From positions 10,046,001 through 10,110,000 of the forward strand of contig NC_086109.1 of NCBI RefSeq assembly GCF_963921235.1: a DNA stretch of 64,000 bases. Direction: 5' to 3'. The notes under the pieces were generated by a model that searched no databases, was not told the origin of the DNA, and saw nothing but the letters and a program-made list of their open reading frames with translations. This stretch comes from Mobula hypostoma. Lineage: Eukaryota. Below, one piece after another: positions 1 through 12,815 of the stretch (its first letter is position 1; each line of letters starts with the position of its first letter). Position numbers and translations under genes: made by a program.

Positions 1-28
1 CATTACAACCACAGAAAACCATAAAGTT

Positions 29-83
29 CTCAGTGACCACTTTATTAGGTACAGAAGGTACTTCATGAAGTAGCCACTGAGTG
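29..83. mobile_element. Tc1/mariner-type mini element (TIR-only, decayed)
   Basis: ctcagtgaccactttattaggtac ... gtagccactgagtg-ta; same TIR family as 43045-43606. Confidence 0.6.
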
Positions 84-169
84 TATGTCACCATGTACCA
101 TATACTACTCTGAGATTCATTTTCAACATGCATTTTCATTTTATGGATTAGAATTCAATTCAATCTTCT

Positions 170-545
170 TCCTCTCACCTTCATCTATGCTCCTTGGTTT
201 TATTACCTGTACCAATGGCAAAAGCTTCTGACTATCCATGCCTTTCATAATATTGACAATCTGTTAGGTCACTCTTTAGCTTCCTTCAGAAAAAAATAAC
301 CCAGCCTATCTGATTTATCACATTAGCTAACAATCACTAATTCAGGAAATATTCTGGTGAATCTCCTCTGCAACCTTTCCAGCATAACCACATCTTTCCT
401 TTAGTGCAGTGACCAGGACTGTGCACAGTGCTCCAAGTGCAGACCACGTGTTTTGTAAAGTTGCAACGAAACATGCCAGTATTTGTATTTTTATTCCTGT
501 GAAGGCAAGCGTATGATTTGCTTTCTTCACCAATCTATCTAGCCC
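170..545 (-). mobile_element. CR1-type LINE fragment (decayed)
   Basis: Similar in reverse to the CR1 ORF2 C-terminal region seen elsewhere in the window (the LE.CAQ.WS segment). Confidence 0.55.
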
Positions 546-1520
546 TCAAAGTGGAGATTATTGTCATATACACAATTGTGTGTATGCGTAGGTGCAATGA
601 AAATCCTACAGCAGCATCACACACATTCATGGCATCAGATAAGCAGCATTCACAAGAAAAGCATAAATTAAAAACAACTTTTTTTACAAGAAAGAACACT
701 ATTAGGATAAAAAAAACCCTATTTTAGTGCAAAGTTATCAAAGTGGGAACAGTGTTGTCAAATACTATTAGGGTATTACTAGTTGGTTCAGAACCGAATG
801 GTTGAAGGGAAGTAGCCGTTTTTGAACCTGGTAGTGTAAGACTTCAGGCTTCTGTACCTCCTGCCTGTTGACAAAATGTCAAAAAAAGAATGCATGGTCC
901 AGATGGTGGGGATCTTTGATGATTTTGTGTTGCCACTTTCAAGGAACTATGGACTTGAACCTGAAGATCATCAACACTCCTTGGTGCCCTGCCATTTGCT
1001 GTGCATGGTCTACTGCTATTTGACTTCCCAAAATTTGCCACCTCTTGCTTGTTAGGATTAAATTCCATCTGCTAAAGCTCTCCAATTTATGACTTTCTAT
1101 TTCTGGGTTGAAGGCAATTCACTTTTAGGGAATGGATAGTTTTCCTTCAGGGAGTTGGTGTTATTTTTGGCATTTCCAATCAAACTTAACACAGTTAAAC
1201 TTAATTATTTTACTGTTTAACCCAACACCAACTTGAAAATGCTTACCCTTTCCACCTTTGACCGCTCAGTGAGGACTGGTGTGTTTTCTCCAAACCTCCC
1301 CTTGAAGAAGTCCACAATATGTTCCTTGATCTGGTTGAGTGCGAGCTTACTGTAGTAATACTACTCAGCCTGGCAATCTACCTCACTCCTCTCTGTTCCC
1401 TTGTCACCTTTGGAATCTTTACAAAGAAAAGGACCACTTACCAATGAAAAAAAATATACCCGGATTCACCAGTCCTATTGATGGTGTCCTTGTGTTATGA
1501 AGAGAGATTGAGTAGATTGA

Positions 1521-1682
1521 CGCAAACACAAGGAAATCTGCAGATGCTGGAATTTCAAGCAAGACACATAAAAGTTGCTGGTGAATGCAGCAGGCCAGGC
1601 AGCATCTCTAGGAAGAGGTACAGTCGACATTTCGGGCCAAGACTCTTTGTCCTGAAGTCTCGGCAACTTTTATGTGTGTTGC
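1521..1682 (-). mobile_element. Short Penelope-like insertion with 13-bp TSD inside a CR1 fragment
   Basis: TSD ttgagtagattga at 1508-1520 and 1683-1695; same terminal sequence as 15829-16138 and 31642-31779; short inverted end. Confidence 0.75.
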
Positions 1683-1999
1683 TTGAGTAGATTGAAACTG
1701 TATTCTCTGGAGTTTAGAAAAATGAGAGAATATCCCATTGAAATTTCCGAATCTATTACAGAATCCAACATTCTAAGGGTGAGGCAATTTTTTCTCCTGG
1801 CCCTGGATTCTAGAACTAGGGGTCACGGATTCAAAATAAGAGATAAGGCTGTGGGGATTGAAGTGAAAAGGTATTTTTCATACACAGTAAATGTAATGAG
1901 GATTTATACACACCAAGAATAACTGCTGGTAGACTGTGGATCACCACTGCAGGACTTGTATATGTTTAGTACACAAAGAAACAGGCAGGAAAAAATTAT

Positions 2000-2445
2000 T
2001 GCAGACTCTACCCTCCCAACAAAATGCCTTTTCCAGAAGCTCCTTTCTGGAAAGCACTAGAGGACTAACAAAAACTTCACACTTTTTCAACAGTTTCTTC
2101 CTCCAGGCAGTTAATCAGATCGGCTGTTCTAGTTAGCCCCCACCCCCCTCTATCTATTACCAATCACTGCACTGTAAACACTTTAAACCAGTTTTTATAA
2201 AGCTGTTTACATTGAAAATACATGCTGGTCTTTATGTATTTAAGCACATTTTATTCCATATCCATACTTCTAGCTATATTTTATATAATTATCTACTCTT
2301 TATAATTGTTGACTGTTGTTGTTGCATGTCACACCCTGACCAACACAGCACAGCAAATTCCTAATATGCTTAAATGTGTATGAATAAAGTTGTTCCTTGA
2401 TCCTTCATCTTCCATCCTTGATCTTTGATCCTTGATCCTTGATTT
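2000..2445 (+). mobile_element. Rex1/L2-like LINE 3' end with (ttgatcc)n tail
   Basis: FFNSFFLQAV motif, aataaa, then a tandem ttgatcc tail at about 2395-2442. Confidence 0.55.
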
Positions 2446-2747
2446 AATTTGATAAACTATCTGATATTGATTCACAGGGAGACGGTTGTTGATTAGTCAG
2501 GGCATCAATGGTTACAAGGAGAAGGCAGGAAAATGGGGTTGAGAGGGATAATAAATCAGCCATGATGTAATGATGGAGCAGACCTGATGGGTTAAATGGC
2601 CTAATTCTCCTCCTATATCTTATGGACTTCTGTCTTATACTACTTTAGTTATATACAAAACAGTGCTAATTTTGACAAGAGGTCATTAAAGTATATTTTT
2701 TTCTCCACTTCGACAAAGGGAAACAATAAGTAGCAGATTTACTAGTG

Positions 2748-3090
2748 TAACACACACTAAATTCTGGAGGAACATAGCAGGTCAGGCTGCATCTATGGAA
2801 CGGAATGAAGAGTCAACATTCTGGGCTGAGATCCTTCATCAGGAGTGTAAAAGAAGAGGACAGTATTTTGACATTTTGAGCCAAGACCCTTGATTAAGAT
2901 GGTTCTTTTTCCTCTCCCTGCACTTTATTATTCTGGCTTCTGCCCTCTTCTGTTCCACTCCTGCTGAAGCAACTTGGCCCGAAACGTTGACTCTCTATTC
3001 TTCCCATAAATGCTGCCTGATCTGCGGAGTTCCTCTGACACTTTGTGTGCGTTACCCTTGATTTCTGGCATCTGTAAAATCTCTTGTGTT
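2748..3090. mobile_element. Penelope-derived fold-back (inverted-arm) element
   Basis: Left arm aacacacac..ctggaggaac..gcaggtcagg..catctatgg..cttcatcagg is the reverse complement of the right arm at about 2960-3053. Confidence 0.65.
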
Positions 3091-3587
3091 TATGTATTGT
3101 ACCTTTTGGAGAGGGTCAGACTGCAATGAACAGTTTGCTTTCAAGGTCTTTCTCCTTCTTCCCACAGGTCATGTTTGGAACCATGTTCGACAGCAGCATT
3201 GCAGATCATACAATTCTGTGAACATGTCTGGAAACCCTGAAGATCAAATGCAAGTGATTGGAATTCGAAGCCAAAAGTGCTTTCGGATCAAATAACTTGT
3301 TAAATGTGTATTGTAAAGTGCTTTGCACTGGCTTCTGATACACAGGGCGATACAGAAAAGGGTAGAATGTGCAGGCACCAGTTGTTAGTTAAAGACTCTT
3401 TCTTGGTTGTAGTAGCTATTTCTTATTTAATGCACAAGGAATGGACAAGTCTTCCCCATGCTTGTGTGAAACCTTCTAATTTGACACGTGTGAAAATACG
3501 ATGCTATTGTACTTGGTTGATATCCTGTGTGCCTGGTATCTCTCTTTGCCATGTAGAGATGCCAGAGGTCTTACGTCTTTCTCTTAG

Positions 3588-3760
3588 TCAGTTCCTCAGG
3601 TTCGAGAATGACTTGCTCCCGCTGAAGGTTCTGAGATGGCCAGTCAGGCCAATGCGGAACTCCTCACGGTCTCTGCCGCAGGTGGGGCAGGAGGTGCTTG
3701 ATTGGGAGGGCAAGTGGATAGATTGGGAGATGGTCCACCCCTTCCACCCTCTATGCAGGG
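3588..3760 (-). mobile_element. RTE-clade LINE 3' end
   Basis: Translation SCPTCGR..FRIGLTGHLRT resembles the RTE C-terminal zinc-finger-like motif. Confidence 0.6.
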
Positions 3761-5219
3761 GCTTCGATGAAGAGACTCCAGGTATCGTCTCCTGAGATCC
3801 TACTCCATGTCGAGCGGTCATTGGGCCGGAGATCCTCAGGAATCAGTGGGGTTGATAGATTCTTGATAAATAAGGGCGTCAAAGGTTTTGGGGAGAAGGC
3901 AGGAGAACAGGGTTGAGAGGGATAATAAATCAGCCATGATGGAATAGCAGAGCAGACTCGATGGCTGAATGGCCTAATGCTGCTCCTATGTCTTATGGTC
4001 TTACGGGTTGATGTACAGGAAGATTGGGCTCCCACTTTAAATACCAGTACTTTAGGAAGAGTGTGTTCAAAATACTTCAGCCGAAGGTCACTTGTGACAT
4101 GAAGGCTTACAAAAGAGTTGAAGGTGTTCATTAAAGCACTGCACATGGGCAGTGTCCACAGGCAAAATGGCAATGAAGAAGTGCAAACACAACAGATCCT
4201 GATGCTTACCACCCAATGGAGAGCATTAATGATGGCAGTCCCAGATATTGTATGTCCTTGCCTAGCCCGGACAGGTCAGGTGGAATGCTCTGACTGCGAT
4301 CGAGCGACTCCAGACATTTGAAATGGCGATGAATACAGCACAAGAGAGAACCCATCATCCAAGCTACTTAGAAGAGCATTAAAAGATGGTGAAGTTGAAA
4401 TGATTTAATTTATTCCATGCCCCTCTTTCCCTGCCCCCTCCCTCCCCACCCCAGTAGTAACTTGGGGCAACGCACATCCAGTGGAATACAGGGTTGGTGA
4501 AGTAAACTTCAACGTGTGCCTTCCTTAAACCTTATGTGGCTGTTATACAGAAGGTCCCCAATTAAGCACCATAGCTGTTGTCCCCTAGTCACTGTCTAAC
4601 CTTAGAGCAAAACCCTCTCCTGTGTCATTCTCTCATTTTTAGTCATATGTCCAGTTAATTCATGGCTACGTCATCTCAAAGTAAGCTAAACTGACGAAAC
4701 AGGAAATGGGTAGGGCTTATCATACTCATAATTATGAAGTATATCATTATTGAAGTAATAATGTAATGTTTTGCTGCACTCCAATGTGAAATACATGCAA
4801 CTGTTATTTAACTGATAAATACTATTATATGCCAATGAAATAATAATAAATATAATATATTACCAGGATCCCATGTGTCGTTATTTTGTGAAGTAATAGC
4901 TGGAGGTCACATTCAAGAGTCAAATTTATTGTACGTGTAAGCACAAGGATAATGAAAAACATCTTGCTGAAGCATCATATGCACATAGCCTCAAGCACAC
5001 AACATTCCCAAGGAACCATAAACAAGAATTCTTTACTTTTAATGAGGATTATGGTACAACAGAGCTGTCTGGGAATACAGGTCCATGATTCCTTGAAAGT
5101 GGTGTTGCAGGTAGACAGGATAATAAAGAGCACAATGGCCTTCATAAATCAGCGATTCAGGAACAGTTTCTTCCCACCTGCCATCTGATTTCTCAATGGA
5201 CATTGAACCCATGAATCAG

Positions 5220-5800
5220 AAACAAAATCAGGTTTGGTTTGTCACTTAAAACACTCAAAAACTTCAACAGACGTACTGTGGAGAGCATTCTGACAGGCTG
5301 CATCACAGTCTGGTATGGGGGGGGTGCTATTACACAGGATCGAAAGAAGCTACATAAAGTTCTACAATTATTCAGCTCCATCTTGAGTACTAGCCTCCAT
5401 AGTATCCAAGATATCGTCAAAGAGTGGTGACTCAGAAGGTCAGTGTCCATCACTCAGGACCCCCTTCATCCAGGACACGCCCGCTTCTCATTGTTACCAT
5501 CAGGGAGGAGGTACAGAAGCCTGAAGGCACACACTCAGTGATTCAAGATCAGCTTCTTCCCCTCTGCCATCTGATTCCTAAATGGACATTGAACCCTTGG
5601 ACACTACCTCACTTTTATTATTTCTGTTTTTGCACTATATTTAATTTAACTACAAGTACTTAATATACATATATATACTTACTGTAATTGATTATCTTTT
5701 TCTATATTATCAAGTATTGCATTGTACTGCTGCTGCAAAGTTAACAAATTTCATAAAGTATGCCAGTGATATTAAATCTAATTTTGATTCCGATTCTGTA
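5220..5800 (+). mobile_element. Rex1/L2-like LINE 3' fragment
   Basis: TVESILTGCITVWYG..DRKKL motif, recurrent 3' UTR ending taaa.ctgattct. Confidence 0.7.
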
Positions 5801-6500
5801 CTGAGTACATCAGTCGGGATGTAATGTTGAATTTGTATGAGACGTTGGTGAGGCCTAACTTAGAGCATTGTGTGCAGTTCTGGTCACCTACTTACAAGAA
5901 AGATACCAATAAGATCAAAAAAGTGAAGAGAAAATGAACAAGGATGTTGCCAGGACTTGAGGACTTGGAATGTGGAGTAAGATTGAATAGGTTAGGATTT
6001 TATCAGAATCAGGTTTATTATCACTGGCATTTGTCGTGAAATTTGTTGTAATGCTGCAGCAGTATATTGTAATACATAATAATAAAAACTGAGATTATTT
6101 ATATATATAATCTATTATACATATTTTATTCCTTGGAGTGGAGAAGATTGAGAGGAGATTTGATAGAGGTATACAAAATTATGAAGGGTATAGATAGGGT
6201 CAGTTCAAGCAGGCTTTTTCCACTCAGGTTGGGTGAGATGAACTAGATATCATAGGTTAAGGGTGAAAGGTGAAATATTTACGATATTTAAGTGGAACCT
6301 AAGGTGGAGCTTCTTCACTCAGTGTGAAACCAACTGCAAGTGGTGAATTTTTGTGTTTGATTTCAACATTGAAGAGAAGTTTGGATAAGTACATGGATGG
6401 ACGGGCAAGGAGGTCCACAGTGCAGGTTGATGGAACGAGCAGCGTAAAAGTTCAGCACGGACTAGGTGATCCAAAGAGCCTCTTTCTGTGCTGTTGTGCT
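5800..6500 (+). mobile_element. CR1-type LINE 3' fragment (interrupted by a short repeat near 6005-6120)
   Basis: TLVRPNLEHCVQFWSP, RGDLIEVYKIM motifs. Confidence 0.75.
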
Positions 6501-7259
6501 GCACAACTCTAGGTCCTCATAACCTTTCCTCGTGTGACTTGTCAAGCCCAACATACTACATGAACTTTTTTGAATTACCGGCAACTATAAAATTAGACAA
6601 ACAGGGATGGGAAGAGCAAACAAACAAACCTAGGAACAGCATTAAAAATCAATCAGAGAATCAAAAAAAACGTTGTTTGAACAAAGTATTGCCCTGGTAC
6701 ACAGAACAGTCTGTACAGCTCGACAGAGTGCAAATCACATCTGAGCATCTGAACAGGCTGCAGGGGGAACTCAGTGGATCAGAAAGCATCTGTGCAGCAG
6801 AGCAGAAGGAATTCTCGACCATCCCCCCCTGCCTCCAGCACCGCTGCGTGATGAAATCCAGACGGAGGGTCTCGATTCGAAATGCTGACTTTCCACTTCC
6901 CTTCGGAGATGCTCCCTGACCTGCTGAGTTCCTGCCGCGTCTGGTATTTGGCTCAAGATTCCAGCATCTTCAGTCCGTTGTGGCTCCAGCAGCTTATTTT
7001 TTTGCACCATATTACACGGCCTGCAGTGTTTGACGCTTGATTAGTCACAAGAGTTGCCATGCTTCTGACGCCAACAGAGCATGCCCACAATGTTCAGCGG
7101 AACAACACGCAGCCGACATGCAACAAGATAGACACAGCAACAGCAAAACAAACCTTTTCCTACGCCCTCCACCCTCCATTGAGGATCTCTGGCCCTCTCC
7201 ACAGACTCCAAAGAAAGTAGAGGCACTGTTATGCTTTCTTTGTAATTGCACTTACATGC

Positions 7260-7920
7260 TGGGACCAGGATAAGTCCTCTGAAATGCTAACTCAGAGGAA
7301 TTTAACATTGCTGACCCTCTCCACCTCTGATCCTTCGATGAGGACTGGCTCATGGACCTCTGGTTTCCTCCTCCTGAAATCAATAATCAGCTCCTTGGTC
7401 TTGCTGATGTTGAGTGAGAGGTTGTCATTGTGGTACCACTCAGCCAGATTTTCAGTCTCTGTCCTAACTGCTGACGTCACCACCTTTGATATGGACTATG
7501 ACAATGGTGTCATCAGCAAACTTAAATATGGCGTTGGAGCTGAGCTTAACCGCACAGTCATAAGTGTAAAGCAACCAAATTATGGGGGCTAAGCACACAG
7601 CCTTGTGGTGCACCAGTGCTGATGGAGATTGTGGAGGAGATGTTATTGCCAGTCCAAACTAACTGGGGTTTGCAAGTCAGGAAATCCAGGATCCAGTTGC
7701 TCAAGGAGGTAGTGAGGCCAAGGTCTTGGAGCTCATTGATTAGTTTTGAGAAGATGATGGCATTGAATGCTGAGCTATAGTCAATAAAAGGCATCCTGAG
7801 GTAGTCATCTTTGCTGTACAGATGTTCCAGAGTTCAATGAAGAGCCAATGAAACGACATCTGCTGTAGATCTGTTGTGCCAGGAGCAAACTGAAGCAAGA
7901 CCAAGTATCAGAGAGGAGTT
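7260..7920 (-). mobile_element. Rex1/L2-like LINE RT fragment
   Basis: [34 protein letters not shown], with frameshifts. Confidence 0.8.
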
Positions 7921-8034
7921 GATACCAAAACACTTCAAGACACAAGTGGGCTTACAGAGCCAAACAGCCTCCTTCTCTGTCACATGAAAATGTGAGACTA
8001 AAAGTGAGAACCTTATAAATAGTTCCCATTTCTA

Positions 8035-8400
8035 CACACAAAATGATGGAGGAACTCAGCAGGTCAGGCAGCATCTATGGAAGGGAATAAAGGGCCAACA
8101 TTTTGGGCTGAAACCCTTCATCAGGACTGGAAAGGAAGGGGAAAGAAACCAGAATAAGACAGTGGGGAAGGGAAGGAGAACAGTCCTATCAAAGATCTCG
8201 GCCCAAAATGTCAAAATTTGGCCCCTTCTTTTCCAGTCCTGATGAAGCATCTCAGCCTGAAACATCAAAATTCTGCCCTTTTCCTTTCTGGTCCTGATGA
8301 AGGGTCTCAACCTGAAATGTTGACTGTTTATTCCCCTCCATAGATGCTGCCTGACCTGCTGAGTTCCTCCAGTATTTGCTGTGTGTTACTCAAGATTTCC
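8035..8400. mobile_element. Penelope-derived fold-back element with tandem hammerhead-like units
   Basis: Inverted arms at about 8035-8130 and 8290-8387; CTGATGA..GAAA cores at 8239-8262 and 8294-8317 (+) and about 8100-8125 (-). Confidence 0.7.
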
Positions 8401-9320
8401 TGCAACTCCTGCATTTATGAACGTCTGATTTGGTTTGTTCCTTTCACTGGATAAGAATGAATGAAGGGTTTAATGAAAGAACCTGGTTACTGTCTGGAAG
8501 ACCATGTGATTGAAACCATGAACGTTTCCTTCACTATGAAACTGTTCCACTGTTGAGCACACAACCCTGCCCAGCGCGGATTGCCTGGAGTCGAATCAAA
8601 TGCACAGAGAGATTTTATGTGTGCATGAACTGAAACTGATAACGGCTGGAACAGAAAGTAAACAGTGTTTCAAATGCCAGAGATGGGTCCCTTTATAACC
8701 TCGGCCAAAACGGATCTTCAGAACCATTCTGTAAACATCACAGAAGCAATTTGGTTTAACAACCTCATATTTCCCCATCACTTACTCACCCAGATTTTTG
8801 TCTGTTATCCATGTTGTCTTCTAAGAAAATTTGCAGGGGTTTCCCAGTGTTAAGATCCTGTGATTTTTCTCTCACTCCCTGGAAGTGATTACTCATCAAT
8901 ACTCATTTCCTATGTTCTCCTTTTAGTGAGAAAAGCCCATAGCTAAGATTAGTTTGAGCAACATTTCTAACCACACACTCAAGGTTGAAAGTTTCATTTG
9001 GGAAATGAAAATTGTGAACATTCATTACATTATCTAAAGAAATAACACCTGTCACGCCTATCCAAAAATTGTTCATTGATTTCAGTGACTGGGCATCAGG
9101 TTGTTTCTGAATCTGAAGCTACGTGCAATGCTCCACCTTGGCATAATGTTATTGTTATATGCAGTTTAAAAATAAAATGTTATAATAATGCTTTGTATAG
9201 AATCAGCCCTCAGCCCTGACAATGCTGGCAAGTTGCCTAATTTATTTATTTAGAGATACAGCACGGAACAGGCTCTTCCAGCCCAACGAGCCCGTGCCAC
9301 CCAGGTGACCAATTAACATT

Positions 9321-9798
9321 GGTAGCCTCCAACCTGATGGCATGAACATCAGTTTCTCTCATCACCAGTAATGCCTCCCCTCCTTCGCCCGGCCCTCTCC
9401 TTAACCAATCCCCAATCCCCTTTTCCTTCTCTCACCTTCTCTCCTTGCCTGCCCACTGCCTCTCTCTGGTGCTCCTCTCCTCCCCACCCCCAACCTTTTC
9501 TTTCCCCCACTGCCTTCTCTCCCCACTTATCAGACTCTTCCTTCTCCAGCCCTGTATCTCTTCCACCAATCAACTTCCCAACTACCTCATCCCGGAATCA
9601 CCTATCGCCTCGTGTTTCTCCCTCCCCTCCCCCAACCTTTTAACACTACCCCTCATCTTTTTTTCTCTCTCCAGTCCCGCTGAAGGGTCTCAGCCCAAAA
9701 ACGTTGACTCTACTTTTTTCCGTAGATGCTGCCTGGCCTGTTGAATTCCTCCAGTATTTTGTTTGCGTTGCTTGGATTTACAGATTCTCTCTTGTTTG
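9321..9798 (+). mobile_element. Penelope-like element 3' end
   Basis: ggtagcctccaacctgatggcatgaacatc = GSLQPDGMNI (as at 51334-51552), pyrimidine-rich UTR, degenerate hammerhead at about 9673-9710. Confidence 0.7.
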
Positions 9799-10296
9799 TG
9801 ACCAGTTAACATAATAACCGGTGTGTCTTTGGAATGTGATAGAAAACCAGATCAGCCAAAGGAAACCACACGGTCACAGGGAGAACATACAAACTCCTTC
9901 CAAACAGCGGCAGAACTGAATCCCGATCACTGGTGCTGTAATGGTGTTATTCCAGCCGCTATGCTACCATGGGCTGGGAGATCAATGTGGAAGGATCAAA
10001 CTGGGAATTCTCTTTGAGTTATCCTCTTTCCTCCCACTCACTTTAACCGCAGTCCTCAAAACTGCATCCGCTTGATTTTGAGGTTAGTCGACTGCAATCT
10101 GGATGAAGGGTCTTGACCCAAATCGTCAACAGACCGTCTTGCTTATGAGGCAGGGGTTATGAGTGGAAGAGGCCAGCGGGTGGCTTGTGATGTGGTCTTC
10201 TACTTCCGCCATTAGTACAACTCCTCAGTGTGACCCTAGAGCCTCTCAGCTCCATCCTGAACTCTCTTTCTTCACTTTGAGTTGTTGTGGGCTGGA

Positions 10297-10385
10297 ATAA
10301 GTGAGAATGCTGTATTAGATACTCTCAGGGATAAGTGAGAATGCTGTATTAGATACTCTCAGGAGTAGGTGAGAATGCGATGTTA
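10297..10385. repeat. 34-bp tandem duplication (about 2.6 copies)
   Basis: ataagtgagaatgctgtattagatactctcagg at 10297 and 10331, plus a diverged partial copy at 10365. Confidence 0.9.
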
Positions 10386-11159
10386 CTTCAAGAAAGTTTT
10401 GAGCACATCTTTGAATTTTAGCAAAAATCCAATGTTAGCATTCATTTCAAGAGGAGTACAATATGAAAGCAAAGGTGTAATGTTACATTAAACGTTGCCT
10501 AGGAAAGCAGCATCTGTAATCAGAGATCCCCACCACACACATCATGCTGTCTTCTCGCTGCTGCCATCAGGTAGAAGGTATGAGAGGCTCTGAACTAGAA
10601 ATTTATTTATATTTGCATTTGCAGTTTGTTGTCTTCTGCACTCTGGTTGATCTTTGATTAATCCTGTTATAGTTACTATCCTATAAATTTGCTGAATGAG
10701 GAAAAAGAATCACAGCATTGTATATGGTGACGTATATGTACTCTGATAATAAAATTTACTTTGAACATATCAGATCACATTTGGAATATTATGAGCAGTT
10801 TTGGTCCCCTTATTTTAGAAGTGGATACATCTCTACCAAAGGGGGTGTAAGGTGCTCCTTCCCTCCGCTAGCCTGCAGGTCACCCTTAGGCAAGGTGTAG
10901 CACCTGCTTAAACCCCTCCCCCCCACCCCAATTTGGGTTACATGAAGCCGTGAGAGCAGGTGGTGGATGGTTGTATGATCAGCTGATTATGTGACCACTG
11001 ACACCAGGCAGACGATCTCTGAAGAGTATTGATAATGGCTGGGCTCACCCATCTTGTAAAGACACTGCCCAGAAGAAGGTAATGGCATGCTACTTCTGCA
11101 GAAAAATTTACCAAGTACAATCATGGTTATGCAAAGACCATGATTGCCCAGCATATAAA

Positions 11160-12815
11160 TATAAGTACGAAGAAAGCACGATAGCACCTGTACTTCCTCA
11201 GGAATCTGTGGAGATTCGGTATGTCATCAAAAACCTTGGCAAATTTCAATAGATGTGTATTGGAAACTGTGCTGACTGGCTGCATTTTGGTTTGTAAGAG
11301 AACATTGAGCAGAAAATCCTACATAAGGTAATAGATTCAGCCCAGTACATCACAGCTAAAATCCTCCCAACCATTGAGCACATCTACATGAAACGTTGCT
11401 GTAGAAAAGCAGCATCCATCATCAGAGATCCTCACTACCCAGACCATGCTCTTTTCTCATTGCTGACATCGGGTGGAAGATACAGGAGCCTCAGGACTCA
11501 CACCACCAGGTTCAAGAACAGTTACTACCCCTCAACCATCAGGCTCTTGAACAAAAGGGGACAGCTACACTCATTCTAAGTCTGGTGTTCCCACAAATGA
11601 TGGTCTCACTTAAAGGACTCTTTATCTTATTATTTTATGCTCATTATTTATTGCTATTTATTTATATTTCCTTTCCAATATTTTTATTAATTTATATATA
11701 TAAGAATACAGAGTGCAGGGAAAAAAAATGTCAATACGTTAAACCAAATCACATATAAAGACCCCTTAGCCTATATTCGTACAAGTCAATCAGTTCATAA
11801 CATTGAAAAATAATAATTTTATTATATTAAAAAATCTAACCCACTGCAAAGACCAAAGCTGATTAGTAGAAAAACAAAGAAAAAAAAGACTGTTAGACAT
11901 CATCTGTGCTTTAACAGCAAATCAAAGGTTTTGAAAATAATTCAGAAAAGGTCCCACAATGTTTGAAAGTCTTGATTAGATTCAAAGATTGAACATCGAA
12001 TCTTCTCTAAATTTAAACATGACATCACATCACGTAACCATTGGGCGTGAATAGGAGGGGCCACATCTTTCTACTTAAGCAAAAACGTCCTTCTGGCCAT
12101 AGGGACCTAAAAGCCAAAATGTGCAAATCAGATGGCTCCAAAATAATATCCTTTTCTCCAACAATACCAAATAAAGCAGTCAAAGCATTAGGCTTGAAAT
12201 TTACTTTAAAAAGTATCGAAAAGGTTTGAAATACTTCTTTCCAATATTTTCCAAGACTTGGACATGTCCAAAACATATGAGATAAGAGATTTTTTACGGT
12301 CTCAAATAAGTACATATCCTAAAAGTCCTGAGAAGAATCTACTAGATGCAATCTTTAATCTGAAACCTTTTTATAATGGATCTATATCTAATATTTATAA
12401 TATGCTGTTGGGAATGAGAAGTGTTCCTTCAGATAAAATCAAAAATCTTTGGGAACAAGGTTTACAGACTTCAATTTCTGAGGAAACTTGGAATCAAATT
12501 TTTAAATTGATCAACACTTCATCGTTATGTGCCCATCACTCTCTCCTTCAATTTAAAGCGGTCTATAGGGCCCATATGACTAAGGATAAGTTGTCTTGTT
12601 TTTATTTAGATATATCTCCGTATTGTGATAAATGTAACAATGGAAAAACTTCACTCATTTATTTATACTTCCATTTGCACAGTTTGTTGTTCATTGATCC
12701 TACTTACAGTTACTGTTCAATAGATTTGCTAAGTATGTTACCACTGGACTGTATATTGTGACATGTATGTACTCTGGTAATAAATTTTACTTTGAAGTTT
12801 GAACTTTTTGAACTT
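11160..12815 (+). mobile_element. Rex1/L2-like LINE 3' fragment (interrupted by an L1-like insertion)
   Basis: RKAASIIRDPH..GRYRSLRTHTTRFKNSYYP; tail (tttgaac)n near 12790-12815. Confidence 0.7.
11672..12656 (-). mobile_element. L1/Tx1-like LINE 3' end with 5' inversion
   Basis: Minus segment HMFWTCPSL..YWKEV through 3' UTR/AATAAA; plus segment RDFLRSQ..YCDKCNNGKTSLI; 16-bp TSD atttatttata(t/c)ttcc at 11656-11671 and 12657-12672. Confidence 0.8.

Noticed and set aside
3100..3240. Possible exon (splice-like signals on both strands)
   Set aside because: All three minus-strand frames contain stops, the plus-strand peptides are unrecognisable, and there is no other support.
8786..8860. Possible minus-strand exon ending TGG|gtgagt
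   Set aside because: Good donor but no polypyrimidine acceptor and no recognisable peptide.
10297..10385. 34-bp repeats resembling CRISPR repeat length
   Set aside because: Head-to-tail copies with no spacers, no cas genes, vertebrate context.
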